This document shows positions 37,294 to 44,555 of a stretch of DNA of 44,636 bases, one piece after another. The number at the start of each line of letters is the position of its first letter. The stretch's first letter is position 1. The position numbers and the translations under genes were made by a program. The stretch is from a virus. The stretch lies in UHGV virus genome UHGV-0349104. One strand, written 5' to 3'. The notes beneath the pieces are model-generated. The model did no database searches. It worked only from the letters and a program-made list of their open reading frames with translations, and had not been told where the DNA came from.

Positions 37294-37575
37294 TCAAGAT
37301 ACTCCTGAGCTGTCATTGGTTCGTTCCCCCGGTATATTTGTTTCAAAGTCGTTGCATATCCCTCGTGCAGCCACACAAAAATTGTGCAGGTCGCAAAAGT
37401 AGGTTGTTTGGTGTGTGTAGCTGGAGTAGCGCCCCACGTGCTTGCAAAACCTGCACTCATTCTTTTGACGCGGCCTGTAGCCACATGCATTCTGCCTATC
37501 CCGCACAAGTTCCCGTTCGAGCTTGTGGGCTTCTGTGAGGGAGTTGACCACGATTACGATTTGGGGTTCAGGCAT
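37294..37575 (-). CDS. small Cys-rich protein (third of overlapping trio)
   Basis: Start ATG 37575 behind strong RBS GGAGGAGAGAGG; 7 Cys including CRFC. Confidence 0.45.
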   Translation of the reverse strand: MPEPQIVIVVNSLTEAHKLERELVRDRQNACGYRPRQKNECRFCKHVGRYSSYTHQTTYFCDLHNFCVAARGICNDFETNIPGERTNDSSGVS

Positions 37576-37775
37576 CCTCTCTCCTCCTGCGCGCTGTTCA
37601 ACACTTCTTCCCAAGCTTGAGGCGTTACCCGTCCGCATGTCTTGCATCCTCTCACCCGACAATACGGGTCGGGACATCCCCCGATGGGTACTGTCACATA
37701 AGCCCTGCACATATACGCCCGCGCAATGGCCTCTTTCGAGCACTGTATGATGGATTCAAGCGTGATTTCGTTCAT
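37554..37775 (-). CDS. small Cys-rich protein (second of trio)
   Basis: MNEITLES... with 8 Cys (CPDPYC, CKTC); RBS GAGGAG; overlaps neighbours by about 20 nt each. Confidence 0.45.
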   Translation of the reverse strand: MNEITLESIIQCSKEAIARAYMCRAYVTVPIGGCPDPYCRVRGCKTCGRVTPQAWEEVLNSAQEERGCLNPKS

Positions 37776-38130
37776 TGTCCATCTCCTCTTCAACGTACAA
37801 GCGGGCGTGCTTCAACCCGCAGCGTGTAGCCTGAGTGCCAAATCGGTTATAGTTACCATCACAATTGTCAGGGCAGTCACCAGCATAACCGTAAGGGCAA
37901 TTATAGTCGTATTGGAGACAGGGTTGCGCTCCGTTTGCAGCGACCACCGCCACTCTCGCCTCGAACTCGGCTGCGTCGCGGTAGTCTGGACAAAGAGACA
38001 GCCCGTACAAGCTTCTGGAACGGCAAGAAGAGCACAGTTCATAATAGCCAACCCGATTCGGACAAGTATCACAATGTTGGGTGCGTTTCTTCCGCTCCTC
38101 CAGCCACTTCCTTTCCTGTTCCGTCAGCAT
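37756..38130 (-). CDS. small Cys-rich protein (first of trio)
   Basis: 124 aa with 12 Cys (CDTC, CSSC, CPDNCDGN). Confidence 0.45.
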   Translation of the reverse strand: MLTEQERKWLEERKKRTQHCDTCPNRVGYYELCSSCRSRSLYGLSLCPDYRDAAEFEARVAVVAANGAQPCLQYDYNCPYGYAGDCPDNCDGNYNRFGTQATRCGLKHARLYVEEEMDNERNHA

Positions 38131-38294
38131 ATTTCACCCCGCGCGTTGTTCAGGCAGTCGCGCCCCTGCCTTAAATCATGTGGTCCGACGCCTTAACGGG
38201 CTTCATTGGCATCACCCCCTTCCGGGGCCAATTGCCCATATCATCCACACGAAGAAGGCGACCCACACCCACGTGAGCCGCCTTTCCCATTTCG

Positions 38295-38555
38295 TCATTC
38301 GATGATTTCCCAGTCTTCCGCGAGCATGTCCGTTTGGCTCGCCAGCCAAGGAACGAAACGATAGTCTGCTGTTTTCATCCCGATCCACGGCAACAGGCAA
38401 GGAGGATCGGCGTTGACTTCTTCGCCCCAGAAATCGGAACAGGTGCGAACATCTTCAGAATGAACGAGACGCAACCACATACCTTTGCCGTTCCATCCTG
38501 CCCGCGCAACACGTTTGTCGACTTTTAAAGCTTCAAGAGCTTGTCCGAAGTTCAT
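38295..38555 (-). CDS. DUF2829 family protein (Tad2-like candidate anti-defence)
   Basis: MNFGQALEALKVDKRVARAGWNGKGMWLRL...MKTADYRFVPWLASQTDMLAEDWEII matches my memory of the DUF2829 pattern (memory-based, not searched). Confidence 0.45.
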   Translation of the reverse strand: MNFGQALEALKVDKRVARAGWNGKGMWLRLVHSEDVRTCSDFWGEEVNADPPCLLPWIGMKTADYRFVPWLASQTDMLAEDWEIIE

Positions 38556-38769
38556 GTTTTTCCCTTTCCGCGTGATTCGTATGCGCGGCCCACGGTTTGG
38601 GGTATGAAAAGCCCCGCCGGGGGAGGGCGGGGCGTGGGGTGCTTCTGCAATTTTGACAAGAGCTAATGAAAGCTCTATCCTAAAGTGTCACGTTCAGGTA
38701 GGAGAAGCGAGGCACTATGCCACGTTCTTCTGCTCAAGGCCCCGAACCATAAAGGACTCGGGGCCTTTT

Positions 38770-39021
38770 TCATACTTTCTCAGCAATTCTCAGCTTGCTT
38801 GCCGGGACCGTCCATTTTCCCTCGTAGCCGTACACGTTGACGTACATAGCCTTGCGGCCTTTCCCGAAATCACGGGGATACGGGGCTGTGGAGGCCGTAA
38901 CGGTGATGGTTTGACGTTCGCCGCCTACCTTGGCTCGGTAGAGAAAACGGCGTCCCGGAATTATCGATGCCAAATCAGGACATTTTAGTCTGATGTCTGG
39001 GAGGGCGTCGGTGTCGGGCAT
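38770..39021 (-). CDS. hypothetical small protein
   Basis: ORF in accessory region; start uncertain. Confidence 0.25.
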   Translation of the reverse strand: MPDTDALPDIRLKCPDLASIIPGRRFLYRAKVGGERQTITVTASTAPYPRDFGKGRKAMYVNVYGYEGKWTVPASKLRIAEKV

Positions 39022-39251
39022 GGCGTTACTCCGTTGAACTCTTTCAATGTTCCGTCGCTCCATATGACTCTGTGGGTACTGTTCTCAGAGTCTACAATGA
39101 CGAACACGATGTCCTTCTTCTGCTTCTCTGAAAGTATCCCGCTCATCTCACCAGACCTATACGCAAGATGCATACAGAAAAAGAACATGATGAGCGCGTA
39201 AACCATCCCCATAAATTTTGAGTTCATGAATTTTGCGAAGGAGCTATTCAT
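38985..39251 (-). CDS. small membrane protein
   Basis: N-terminal TM MGMVYALIMFFFCMHLAY; Pro/Thr-rich C-terminus; AT-rich. Confidence 0.35.
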   Translation of the reverse strand: MNSSFAKFMNSKFMGMVYALIMFFFCMHLAYRSGEMSGILSEKQKKDIVFVIVDSENSTHRVIWSDGTLKEFNGVTPCPTPTPSQTSD

Positions 39252-39332
39252 GGTTGCCCTTATTCTTAAGTTTCTTCATCAGCTTATACAGGAGGGGCGC
39301 TTTACCGTCTTCTCTGTCGCGTTCATCTTCTT

Positions 39333-39377
39333 GACATCCTCCCCCTTAAGGGAGAGGTTTTACGGCGCGTTGGATAA
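39333..39377 (+). repeat. 45-nt GC-hairpin repeat element, copy 3
   Basis: GACATCCTCCCCCTTAAGGGAGAGGTTTTACGGCGCGTTGGATAA; two substitutions against copy 1. Confidence 0.7.
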
Positions 39378-39471
39378 AGCGAGTATCTTTACCAACATGC
39401 TGAAATTACTCGGTTATTTTCAATGACAAATGTTCTCGGAAGCCGTGTGCTGACCATTCAAAGGAGGGCAA

Positions 39472-40449
39472 GTGATGATAAAAGATGTTTCCATTGAACT
39501 TATTCAGAAGTGTGTGAACCATTGTATTCATTGCTCTTCCTGCTCAACAGAGGAATCAGTTGCGATGCTGGATATCGACACGATGCGCCGGGTCATTCGG
39601 ACACTCCAAGGGCTGAAGGTCGAGAGGGTCTGCCTTTCCGGCGGCGAGCCGTTTCTACATCCCAATCTGTTGGAAATCGTCAGACAGTTAGTCGGCTGCG
39701 GCATGACGGTGGACGTATACTCTAGCGGGATCCTGAAAGAGGAAGGGGCACCAGAACCGTTGTCCCTTGAGCGGCTGTCCCTTATGAAGGACGCCGGATT
39801 GAGGTCACTCCTGTTTAATGTGCAGTCGGTGGACGACCCCACCTATGATCGTATCACACAGAGCAAAGGGCATTTCCCCTTGCTGCAGATGAGTATTGCC
39901 AACGCCATCGCCTGCGGAATTCGAACGGAAATTCACTTTGTCCCCATGCGGCAGAATGTACATGAAGCAGAGGCAGTGATCCGATTTGCTGAGCGGACAG
40001 GGATAGAACAGGTCAATTTTTTGAAGCTGGTTCCTCACGGGCGCGCCCAGGAAAATGCGCAGAGTCTGATGCTCAGCGATGAAGAGCTGGCGGCACTGTG
40101 TTCCCGCCTGGAGGATTTGCAGACTCAGGGAAAATCCATCCGGTTGGGATTGCCTCTGTCCATTCAGGGAAATACTCCGCCATGCCACGCGGTGAGAAAA
40201 AAATTATACATTAAATTCGACGGTTCGGTTTTTGGATGCGAGGCGTTTAAATATATTCAATTCCAGGATGAAAACGGAAGCCCCGTTTTACCCAGCAACA
40301 TCTTGGAAAAGGACATCGAGGAAATCTATTACAACTCTGAGTACTTGCAGCGGAGCCTCAAACTTGTGGAACATTATGAAGCCTGCAAGATTGGCTGCGA
40401 AAATTGTCCGGTGCAGAAGTATCTGAAAGATGGGGAGTTGTCAAAATGA
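39472..40449 (+). CDS. radical SAM enzyme with SPASM/twitch-type C-terminal Cys cluster
   Basis: CVNHCIHC (CxxxCxxC) at residues 15-22; GGEPFLHPNL SAM-binding-like; C-terminal CHAVRKKLYIKFDGSVFGC (Cx12Gx4C) and CKIGCENC; GC about 48%; RBS AAGGAGGG. Confidence 0.7.
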   Translation: MMIKDVSIELIQKCVNHCIHCSSCSTEESVAMLDIDTMRRVIRTLQGLKVERVCLSGGEPFLHPNLLEIVRQLVGCGMTVDVYSSGILKEEGAPEPLSLERLSLMKDAGLRSLLFNVQSVDDPTYDRITQSKGHFPLLQMSIANAIACGIRTEIHFVPMRQNVHEAEAVIRFAERTGIEQVNFLKLVPHGRAQENAQSLMLSDEELAALCSRLEDLQTQGKSIRLGLPLSIQGNTPPCHAVRKKLYIKFDGSVFGCEAFKYIQFQDENGSPVLPSNILEKDIEEIYYNSEYLQRSLKLVEHYEACKIGCENCPVQKYLKDGELSK

Positions 40450-40976
40450 GCTACGAAATCAATGACCGAACGTTAATCACTGAGCTGCGCGACAAGATCC
40501 CTAGTGCTGTGAAGGTTAGATACGACGAACTTGAGACAGAGCTGAAAGAAAAAAAGCTGAAGTTACCGGAGAATTTCACCCATCCTCTTGATAAAGAAAT
40601 CATCGGGGAAGGCGGGAAATTGGCAAAGCTTTTATCGGAACAGGAGAATGCGATTTCCTATTCCAAAGCGGGCGAATTAGCCCACCTGTGGCGCACACTA
40701 CTCGATAAATCAATTGTATGCCTCCGATATTTAGACACTCGGGAGCCATTTCAGGAGAATCCGAATAAGGTTATTGTGGCCTATGGGATAGACAAATTAG
40801 AAGAATACCACCGGCGATATACAGAATTTGAAAGTCTCATGTACGGCTCAAACGCCCATTATCGGGATCATGTGTTTCACGCGATCCGGGTTTGGATGTT
40901 GGGCGTGTACTGCATGCTGACGGATTTCAATAACAGCGTCGGAAATCAGACGGGTCATGAGGTACATCGTATCTAA
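40446..40976 (+). CDS. radical-SAM partner protein, possibly 3'-truncated (HD- or HEPN-like)
   Basis: ATGA translational coupling; C-terminus HYRDHVFHAIRVWMLG looks like the start of an HD motif or an Rx4H motif; stop overlaps a convergent minus-strand ORF. Confidence 0.4.
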   Translation: MSYEINDRTLITELRDKIPSAVKVRYDELETELKEKKLKLPENFTHPLDKEIIGEGGKLAKLLSEQENAISYSKAGELAHLWRTLLDKSIVCLRYLDTREPFQENPNKVIVAYGIDKLEEYHRRYTEFESLMYGSNAHYRDHVFHAIRVWMLGVYCMLTDFNNSVGNQTGHEVHRI

Positions 40977-41148
40977 ACCATGAAGGACTGGTATTGAAAA
41001 CCTCGTTGTCGACCATCCCGGTTAAGACTGCGTGAATCGTTTTAGAAGAAATTCCGGTTTCTCCGTTGGCTAACCACATCTGTTCCCGCCATTGCTGTGG
41101 AAGCGAAAGTATCTCAGCCGTGTAATCCCCGTACAAATCAACACTCAT
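40927..41148 (-). CDS. hypothetical small protein
   Basis: 73 aa; RBS GAGGTGAG; high GC; last gene of leftward recombination operon. Confidence 0.35.
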   Translation of the reverse strand: MSVDLYGDYTAEILSLPQQWREQMWLANGETGISSKTIHAVLTGMVDNEVFNTSPSWFRYDVPHDPSDFRRCY

Positions 41149-41161
41149 GATTCATCTCACC

Positions 41162-41407
41162 TCATATGCTTGTGAGCCTATACTTTTCATTGAGTACAAA
41201 GGCTTCCCCACGATGACCGGGAAGCCGTTCCGCCGTGTTTGGGAATTTCAAACGAAGAATCACCTTGCGCCCTGTCTGTTTTGAAAAACGTTCGGCTGCG
41301 GGAAGACTATCCCACGCCCTGACGGGCGGAAGAATGCCCCCCGAATCCTTGTAGCGTTTAAGCTTCTTTACCGTGGTCACATGCCATACGATCATAGTCT
41401 TTCCCAA
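41162..41407 (-). CDS. hypothetical small protein
   Basis: 81 aa between Gp157 and last operon gene. Confidence 0.35.
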   Translation of the reverse strand: MGKTMIVWHVTTVKKLKRYKDSGGILPPVRAWDSLPAAERFSKQTGRKVILRLKFPNTAERLPGHRGEAFVLNEKYRLTSI

Positions 41408-41441
41408 AAGAAAGGCCCGGTGGTGAGCCGGGCCGGGGTGG

Positions 41442-41939
41442 TTATCGTACTTGTAAGCTGTAGGTTTTCACCAGAGCACATCCGGGGATGTGCAAACCTC
41501 CCTTGAGGGCTTCTTTGATCGTGGCCTTGTCCGGTTCCATCGTTGTTTTCGTTCTGCGGTACAACTCTGGAAGCTCTTCCGTTTGCGCCGTTACTGCTAT
41601 CGCCTCAGATTCCCGGACGCTGATTGTGTAGGCGTTGCCTGATACTTTCTTGAGGCCGTTTTCCCTGAGAACGATAGTGTAGTGTTCCTTGAGCCATGCA
41701 AGGCGTGATTCCGCTGCCCTCGCCTTGGCTGCAAGGCGTCTAGCCTCTTCCTTGCAAGCTTCGGCAAGTGCAGACTGAATTTTCAAGAACTGCCCGAACC
41801 CATCCACCTTGTCGGCTTCGAGTTTAGCGAGTTCATCCATGTAGGCGTCCATCGCCTCGCGCTGTTCCGGGGTAAGTTCTTCATCGGGAATAGAAAGCAT
41901 CCCGGCGAGTTCTTGCTGAATTTCGTTGAAAGTCGGCAT
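41442..41939 (-). CDS. siphovirus Gp157 family protein
   Basis: Coiled-coil protein with typical Gp157 pattern and position next to SSB/ERF. Confidence 0.5.
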   Translation of the reverse strand: MPTFNEIQQELAGMLSIPDEELTPEQREAMDAYMDELAKLEADKVDGFGQFLKIQSALAEACKEEARRLAAKARAAESRLAWLKEHYTIVLRENGLKKVSGNAYTISVRESEAIAVTAQTEELPELYRRTKTTMEPDKATIKEALKGGLHIPGCALVKTYSLQVR

Positions 41940-41949
41940 GTTTCACCTA

Positions 41950-42345
41950 CTAGAAGGGCATAGTGTCCATGCCGGAAGATTCAGAGGGGAAGGATGAACC
42001 GGATTTTCCTCCATCCTTTTTGTCGAGGAATTGGATGCGCTGCGCTTTGATTTCCGTAGTGTAGCGCTTCTGTCCCTGCTGATCCTGCCATTCCCGCGTG
42101 GACAACGAGCCCTCCACGAATATAAGGCTCCCCTTGCTCAGGTACTGGCCGCAATGTTCGGCGGCCTTCTGGAACACAACGACGCTGTGCCATTCGGCCT
42201 TTTGAACCCGGTTCCCCTCCCTATCCGTGTAGCTTTCGTCGGTAGCGACATTGAGGCGGCAGATCGCCGCGCCGTTCTGGGAATATTTGAGTTCGGGTTC
42301 GCGCCCGAGGCGTCCGATGATTTCAACACGATTGAGGCTGGCCAT
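41950..42345 (-). CDS. ssb: single-stranded DNA-binding protein
   Basis: NRVEIIGRLGREPELKY OB-fold start, FVEGSL..REWQDQQGQKRYTTEI, acidic tail MDTMPF. Confidence 0.85.
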   Translation of the reverse strand: MASLNRVEIIGRLGREPELKYSQNGAAICRLNVATDESYTDREGNRVQKAEWHSVVVFQKAAEHCGQYLSKGSLIFVEGSLSTREWQDQQGQKRYTTEIKAQRIQFLDKKDGGKSGSSFPSESSGMDTMPF

Positions 42346-43006
42346 TGTGTCCTCCGTTGATGGCGTTCAGAAATTCGGAAACATCGGCCTTCGTCAGTTC
42401 ACGGGAACTTGAAAGAGGCCGCCCAAAGAATTGTGAAAGTTCGGAAAGATACGCCTCGCGGCTGTCACCATGCCGTTTTGTCAGATAGGCCATGAGCGCC
42501 TTTGACTGCTCCTGCGTCATCGGGCTGGCGTTTTCCGCCTTCGCCTTTGCCCGTTGCTGTGCGGCCCCGTTTCTGGGGGCGAGATGGTCCGTTTCGGCGT
42601 CCGGGTCGGGCATCTCCTCCGTAGGGATGCAGAACGTCTGGAACATGGCGTACTTCATGGCAATGGACTGCGCCTTGGGCAATGCCTTGTCCCCGCTGTC
42701 CATCGCTTCGCCCACGGTCACACAATGAACGCTGGAACCGTCCTCGGCGTAGAACGTGAAGCGCACCTTCGCGGTCACATAGGCCATGACCGTGCCCTTG
42801 GCGTTCGCCCGTTCCTCGCGTGTCGTTTCCAGCACCTCCGGCACACAGAACACGCCATGTTGGGACATGACCGGATGCAGGGCGTTGTACACATCGTCGA
42901 TCCCCCGGAACTTGAAGGAGGCGAACCCGCTGGTCTGCCTGTCCTTGCCGATGGAGCCGCAATCCCGCATGACCGCGATGATCGCGCTGTAAATCTTCGC
43001 TTCCAT
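42323..43006 (-). CDS. ERF family single-strand annealing protein
   Basis: FKFRGIDDVYNALHPVMSQHGVF and AMKYAMFQTF match ERF pattern; adjacent to ssb. Confidence 0.6.
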   Translation of the reverse strand: MEAKIYSAIIAVMRDCGSIGKDRQTSGFASFKFRGIDDVYNALHPVMSQHGVFCVPEVLETTREERANAKGTVMAYVTAKVRFTFYAEDGSSVHCVTVGEAMDSGDKALPKAQSIAMKYAMFQTFCIPTEEMPDPDAETDHLAPRNGAAQQRAKAKAENASPMTQEQSKALMAYLTKRHGDSREAYLSELSQFFGRPLSSSRELTKADVSEFLNAINGGHNGQPQSC

Positions 43007-43135
43007 ATTTTATCCTTTCACCGCCCATCGGCGGGAACTAAAAAAGCCCCTTGTCGGGGCCGTAGTATTCTGGTTCATCGGGAATCGTGCGGTCTACGCC
43101 TTCCCTCTTCGCGTCGTACATATCTGCTTCTGGTT

Positions 43136-43321
43136 TCATCGCATGGCCTCCATCCCGTACAAGATCTGTGGAAGAATGCAGATACCGAGCATGACAGCCA
43201 TAAAGATGATGACCGCAGCAACTCTAGCCCGGTCAACCTTTTTAGGCCGTTCCAGTGATACCTTGGCGTGCTTCATGTAGACGTTGGAAATCATGCCGTC
43301 GCCTCCATCTTTCTCAGCCAT
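43136..43321 (-). CDS. small membrane protein
   Basis: TM AAVIIFMAVMLGICILPQILYG. Confidence 0.3.
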   Translation of the reverse strand: MAEKDGGDGMISNVYMKHAKVSLERPKKVDRARVAAVIIFMAVMLGICILPQILYGMEAMR

Positions 43322-43554
43322 TGTTCCGCTGCCTCGCGCACGCTGGCCTTTCTTGCCTTGTCACAAATGCGTTCAAGACGTTCCCGGAGCGTCGTTCCCT
43401 TGCGTTCCCCGACGAGCACGGGATGGCTACGGGTGAAATCGTCTGCTTGATATGCGGTAAAATTCATAACCTTCTCTCCTGCGTTGAAGTTTGGATCGGC
43501 GTCCCAATCCCGTTTCCTGCCCCGGAATCCGGGGCAAGTGCGGGGCTAGGCGGC

Positions 43555-43779
43555 TTACCAAGCGCGGTGCAGGGTTGCGGGGAAGTCGATGCCGGGGAGG
43601 ACGCCGAAGTCTTCGCGTCCTGGCAAAACTGCGGGAATCTCGGAAATTCTCATGAGTATGGTCGATGGCATACCATCACTGGCTACAGCCTCCGCGAAGT
43701 CTACCGCCTTCGCCTTCGTCTCGAACTCCTCAACCAATGGGCCGCTTTCCGAATGCGAAATTACGATGAACTGCATCAT
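43555..43779 (-). CDS. hypothetical small protein
   Basis: MMQFIVISHSESGPLVEEFETKAKAVDFAEAV...; RBS AGAGGAGA. Confidence 0.3.
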   Translation of the reverse strand: MMQFIVISHSESGPLVEEFETKAKAVDFAEAVASDGMPSTILMRISEIPAVLPGREDFGVLPGIDFPATLHRAW

Positions 43780-43899
43780 GGCTATTCTCCTCTGTTTTGA
43801 AATTCGTTCCGGCGTCCCAGACGCCAATAAAAAAGCCCGGCGTAGTTCCGGGCTTCGATGATTCAAGGCAAGCACCCGACGGGGCCAATCCCCGCCGGG

Positions 43900-43940
43900 G
43901 CGCGCTCCCATGCGGCACATCTCAACGCATGGGAGCGCGC
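43900..43940. repeat. perfect 15-bp inverted repeat with 11-nt loop
   Basis: GCGCGCTCCCATGCG-gcacatctcaa-CGCATGGGAGCGCGC. Confidence 0.6.
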
Positions 43941-44341
43941 AGCGACAATGCGCGTTGCGCCGAACCATGCGGGGCGGTGAATTGTCAGAAAGTCAACTGA
44001 CCGCCCGGATGTAGAAATTCGTATTTCATCACGTTTCACGGCCCGATCTTTGTGTCGTAACCGTGGGCCCTGTTGGTCGGCTCGGCCCCCGTCGCTTCGG
44101 TGCGCTTTGCGCTTCGGCCTTCTTTTCAGCCGTTTTTCCGTCCCGCCGTCCCTACGCGGCCTGTCTCCACATCACCAGCCTGTTGCCCTTCTTTCTCGCG
44201 TCCTACTGGGGAGCCTTAGCACTGGGGGGCGGCATCGTTCGGTTGCTCCATACTGAGCGGCTGGCTTCCTCCGCCGGGGCTTGTGGCTACTTTCCGGCTG
44301 GTGTGCCGGGCGTGTTCGCCTTCCCCGGGCGTCGTGAAGTC

Positions 44342-44369
44342 ATAATACCAAATGGAAACACAAAGTAAA
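44342..44369 (-). promoter_or_regulatory. sigma70-like promoter on minus strand
   Basis: -35 TTTACT, 17-nt spacer, extended -10 TGGTATTAT. Confidence 0.4.
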
Positions 44370-44396
44370 GCAAAAAGTTTTCTGCCGCCACACGTT

Positions 44397-44455
44397 TTAT
44401 CCAACGCGCCGTAAAACCTCTCCCTTAAGGGGGAGGATATAAGGCGCGTTGGATA
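44397..44455 (-). repeat. 45-nt GC-hairpin repeat element, copy 4, with outer inverted arms
   Basis: ATCCAACGCGCC-GTAAAACCTCTCCCTTAAGGGGGAGGATATAA-GGCGCGTTGGAT; outer 10-bp arms CCAACGCGCC/GGCGCGTTGG. Confidence 0.65.
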
Positions 44456-44504
44456 ATGATACCAATTGGTTGCAAAAAGTCTATGCCACATATGGTATCG
44501 GTAT

Positions 44505-44555
44505 TTACCCAGCGCGCCGTAAAGCCTCGCCCTTCAGGGCGGGGATATAAGGCGC
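44505..44555 (-). repeat. 45-nt GC-hairpin repeat element, copy 5 (diverged, compensatory stem changes)
   Basis: CCCAGCGCGCCGTAAAGCCTCGCCCTTCAGGGCGGGGATATAAGGCGC; stem C-to-G paired with G-to-C; A-to-G gives T:G wobble. Confidence 0.6.

Noticed and set aside
37206-37313. 36-aa ORF MTAQEYLDELERLRKAAIMPPYYILPLKGEVLRRVG ending in the hairpin repeat as a real gene
   Set aside because: The conserved reading frame of the repeat could reflect coding, but only this copy has an ATG. The others lack start codons. The frame conservation is reported under the repeat finding rather than called as a CDS.
39226-39426. 66-aa ORF ending ...NMLKLLGYFQ just upstream of the radical SAM gene as a possible RiPP precursor
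   Set aside because: It runs antisense through the start of gene 38985..39251 and through the hairpin repeat, and has no RBS. It is more likely a fortuitous frame. Only the last 9 codons are intergenic. It is noted because a C-terminal aromatic peptide next to a SPASM enzyme would be meaningful if real.
44050-44340. Retron msr/msd interpretation of the GC-rich promoter-proximal segment
   Set aside because: No reverse transcriptase ORF anywhere in the window and no a1/a2 inverted repeats identified. Kept only as a generic ncRNA candidate.
44397-44455. Integron attC-like reading of the palindromic repeat (ATCCAAC...GTTGGAT resembles RYYYAAC / GTTRRRY)
   Set aside because: No IntI integrase or attI in the window. 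Only one copy has full outer arms. The resemblance is short and likely coincidental.
18296-44555. The five 45-nt repeats as a CRISPR array
   Set aside because: Copies are tens of kb apart except the last two, which are 108 bp apart. Orientation is mixed and there is no regular repeat-spacer periodicity or cas gene.
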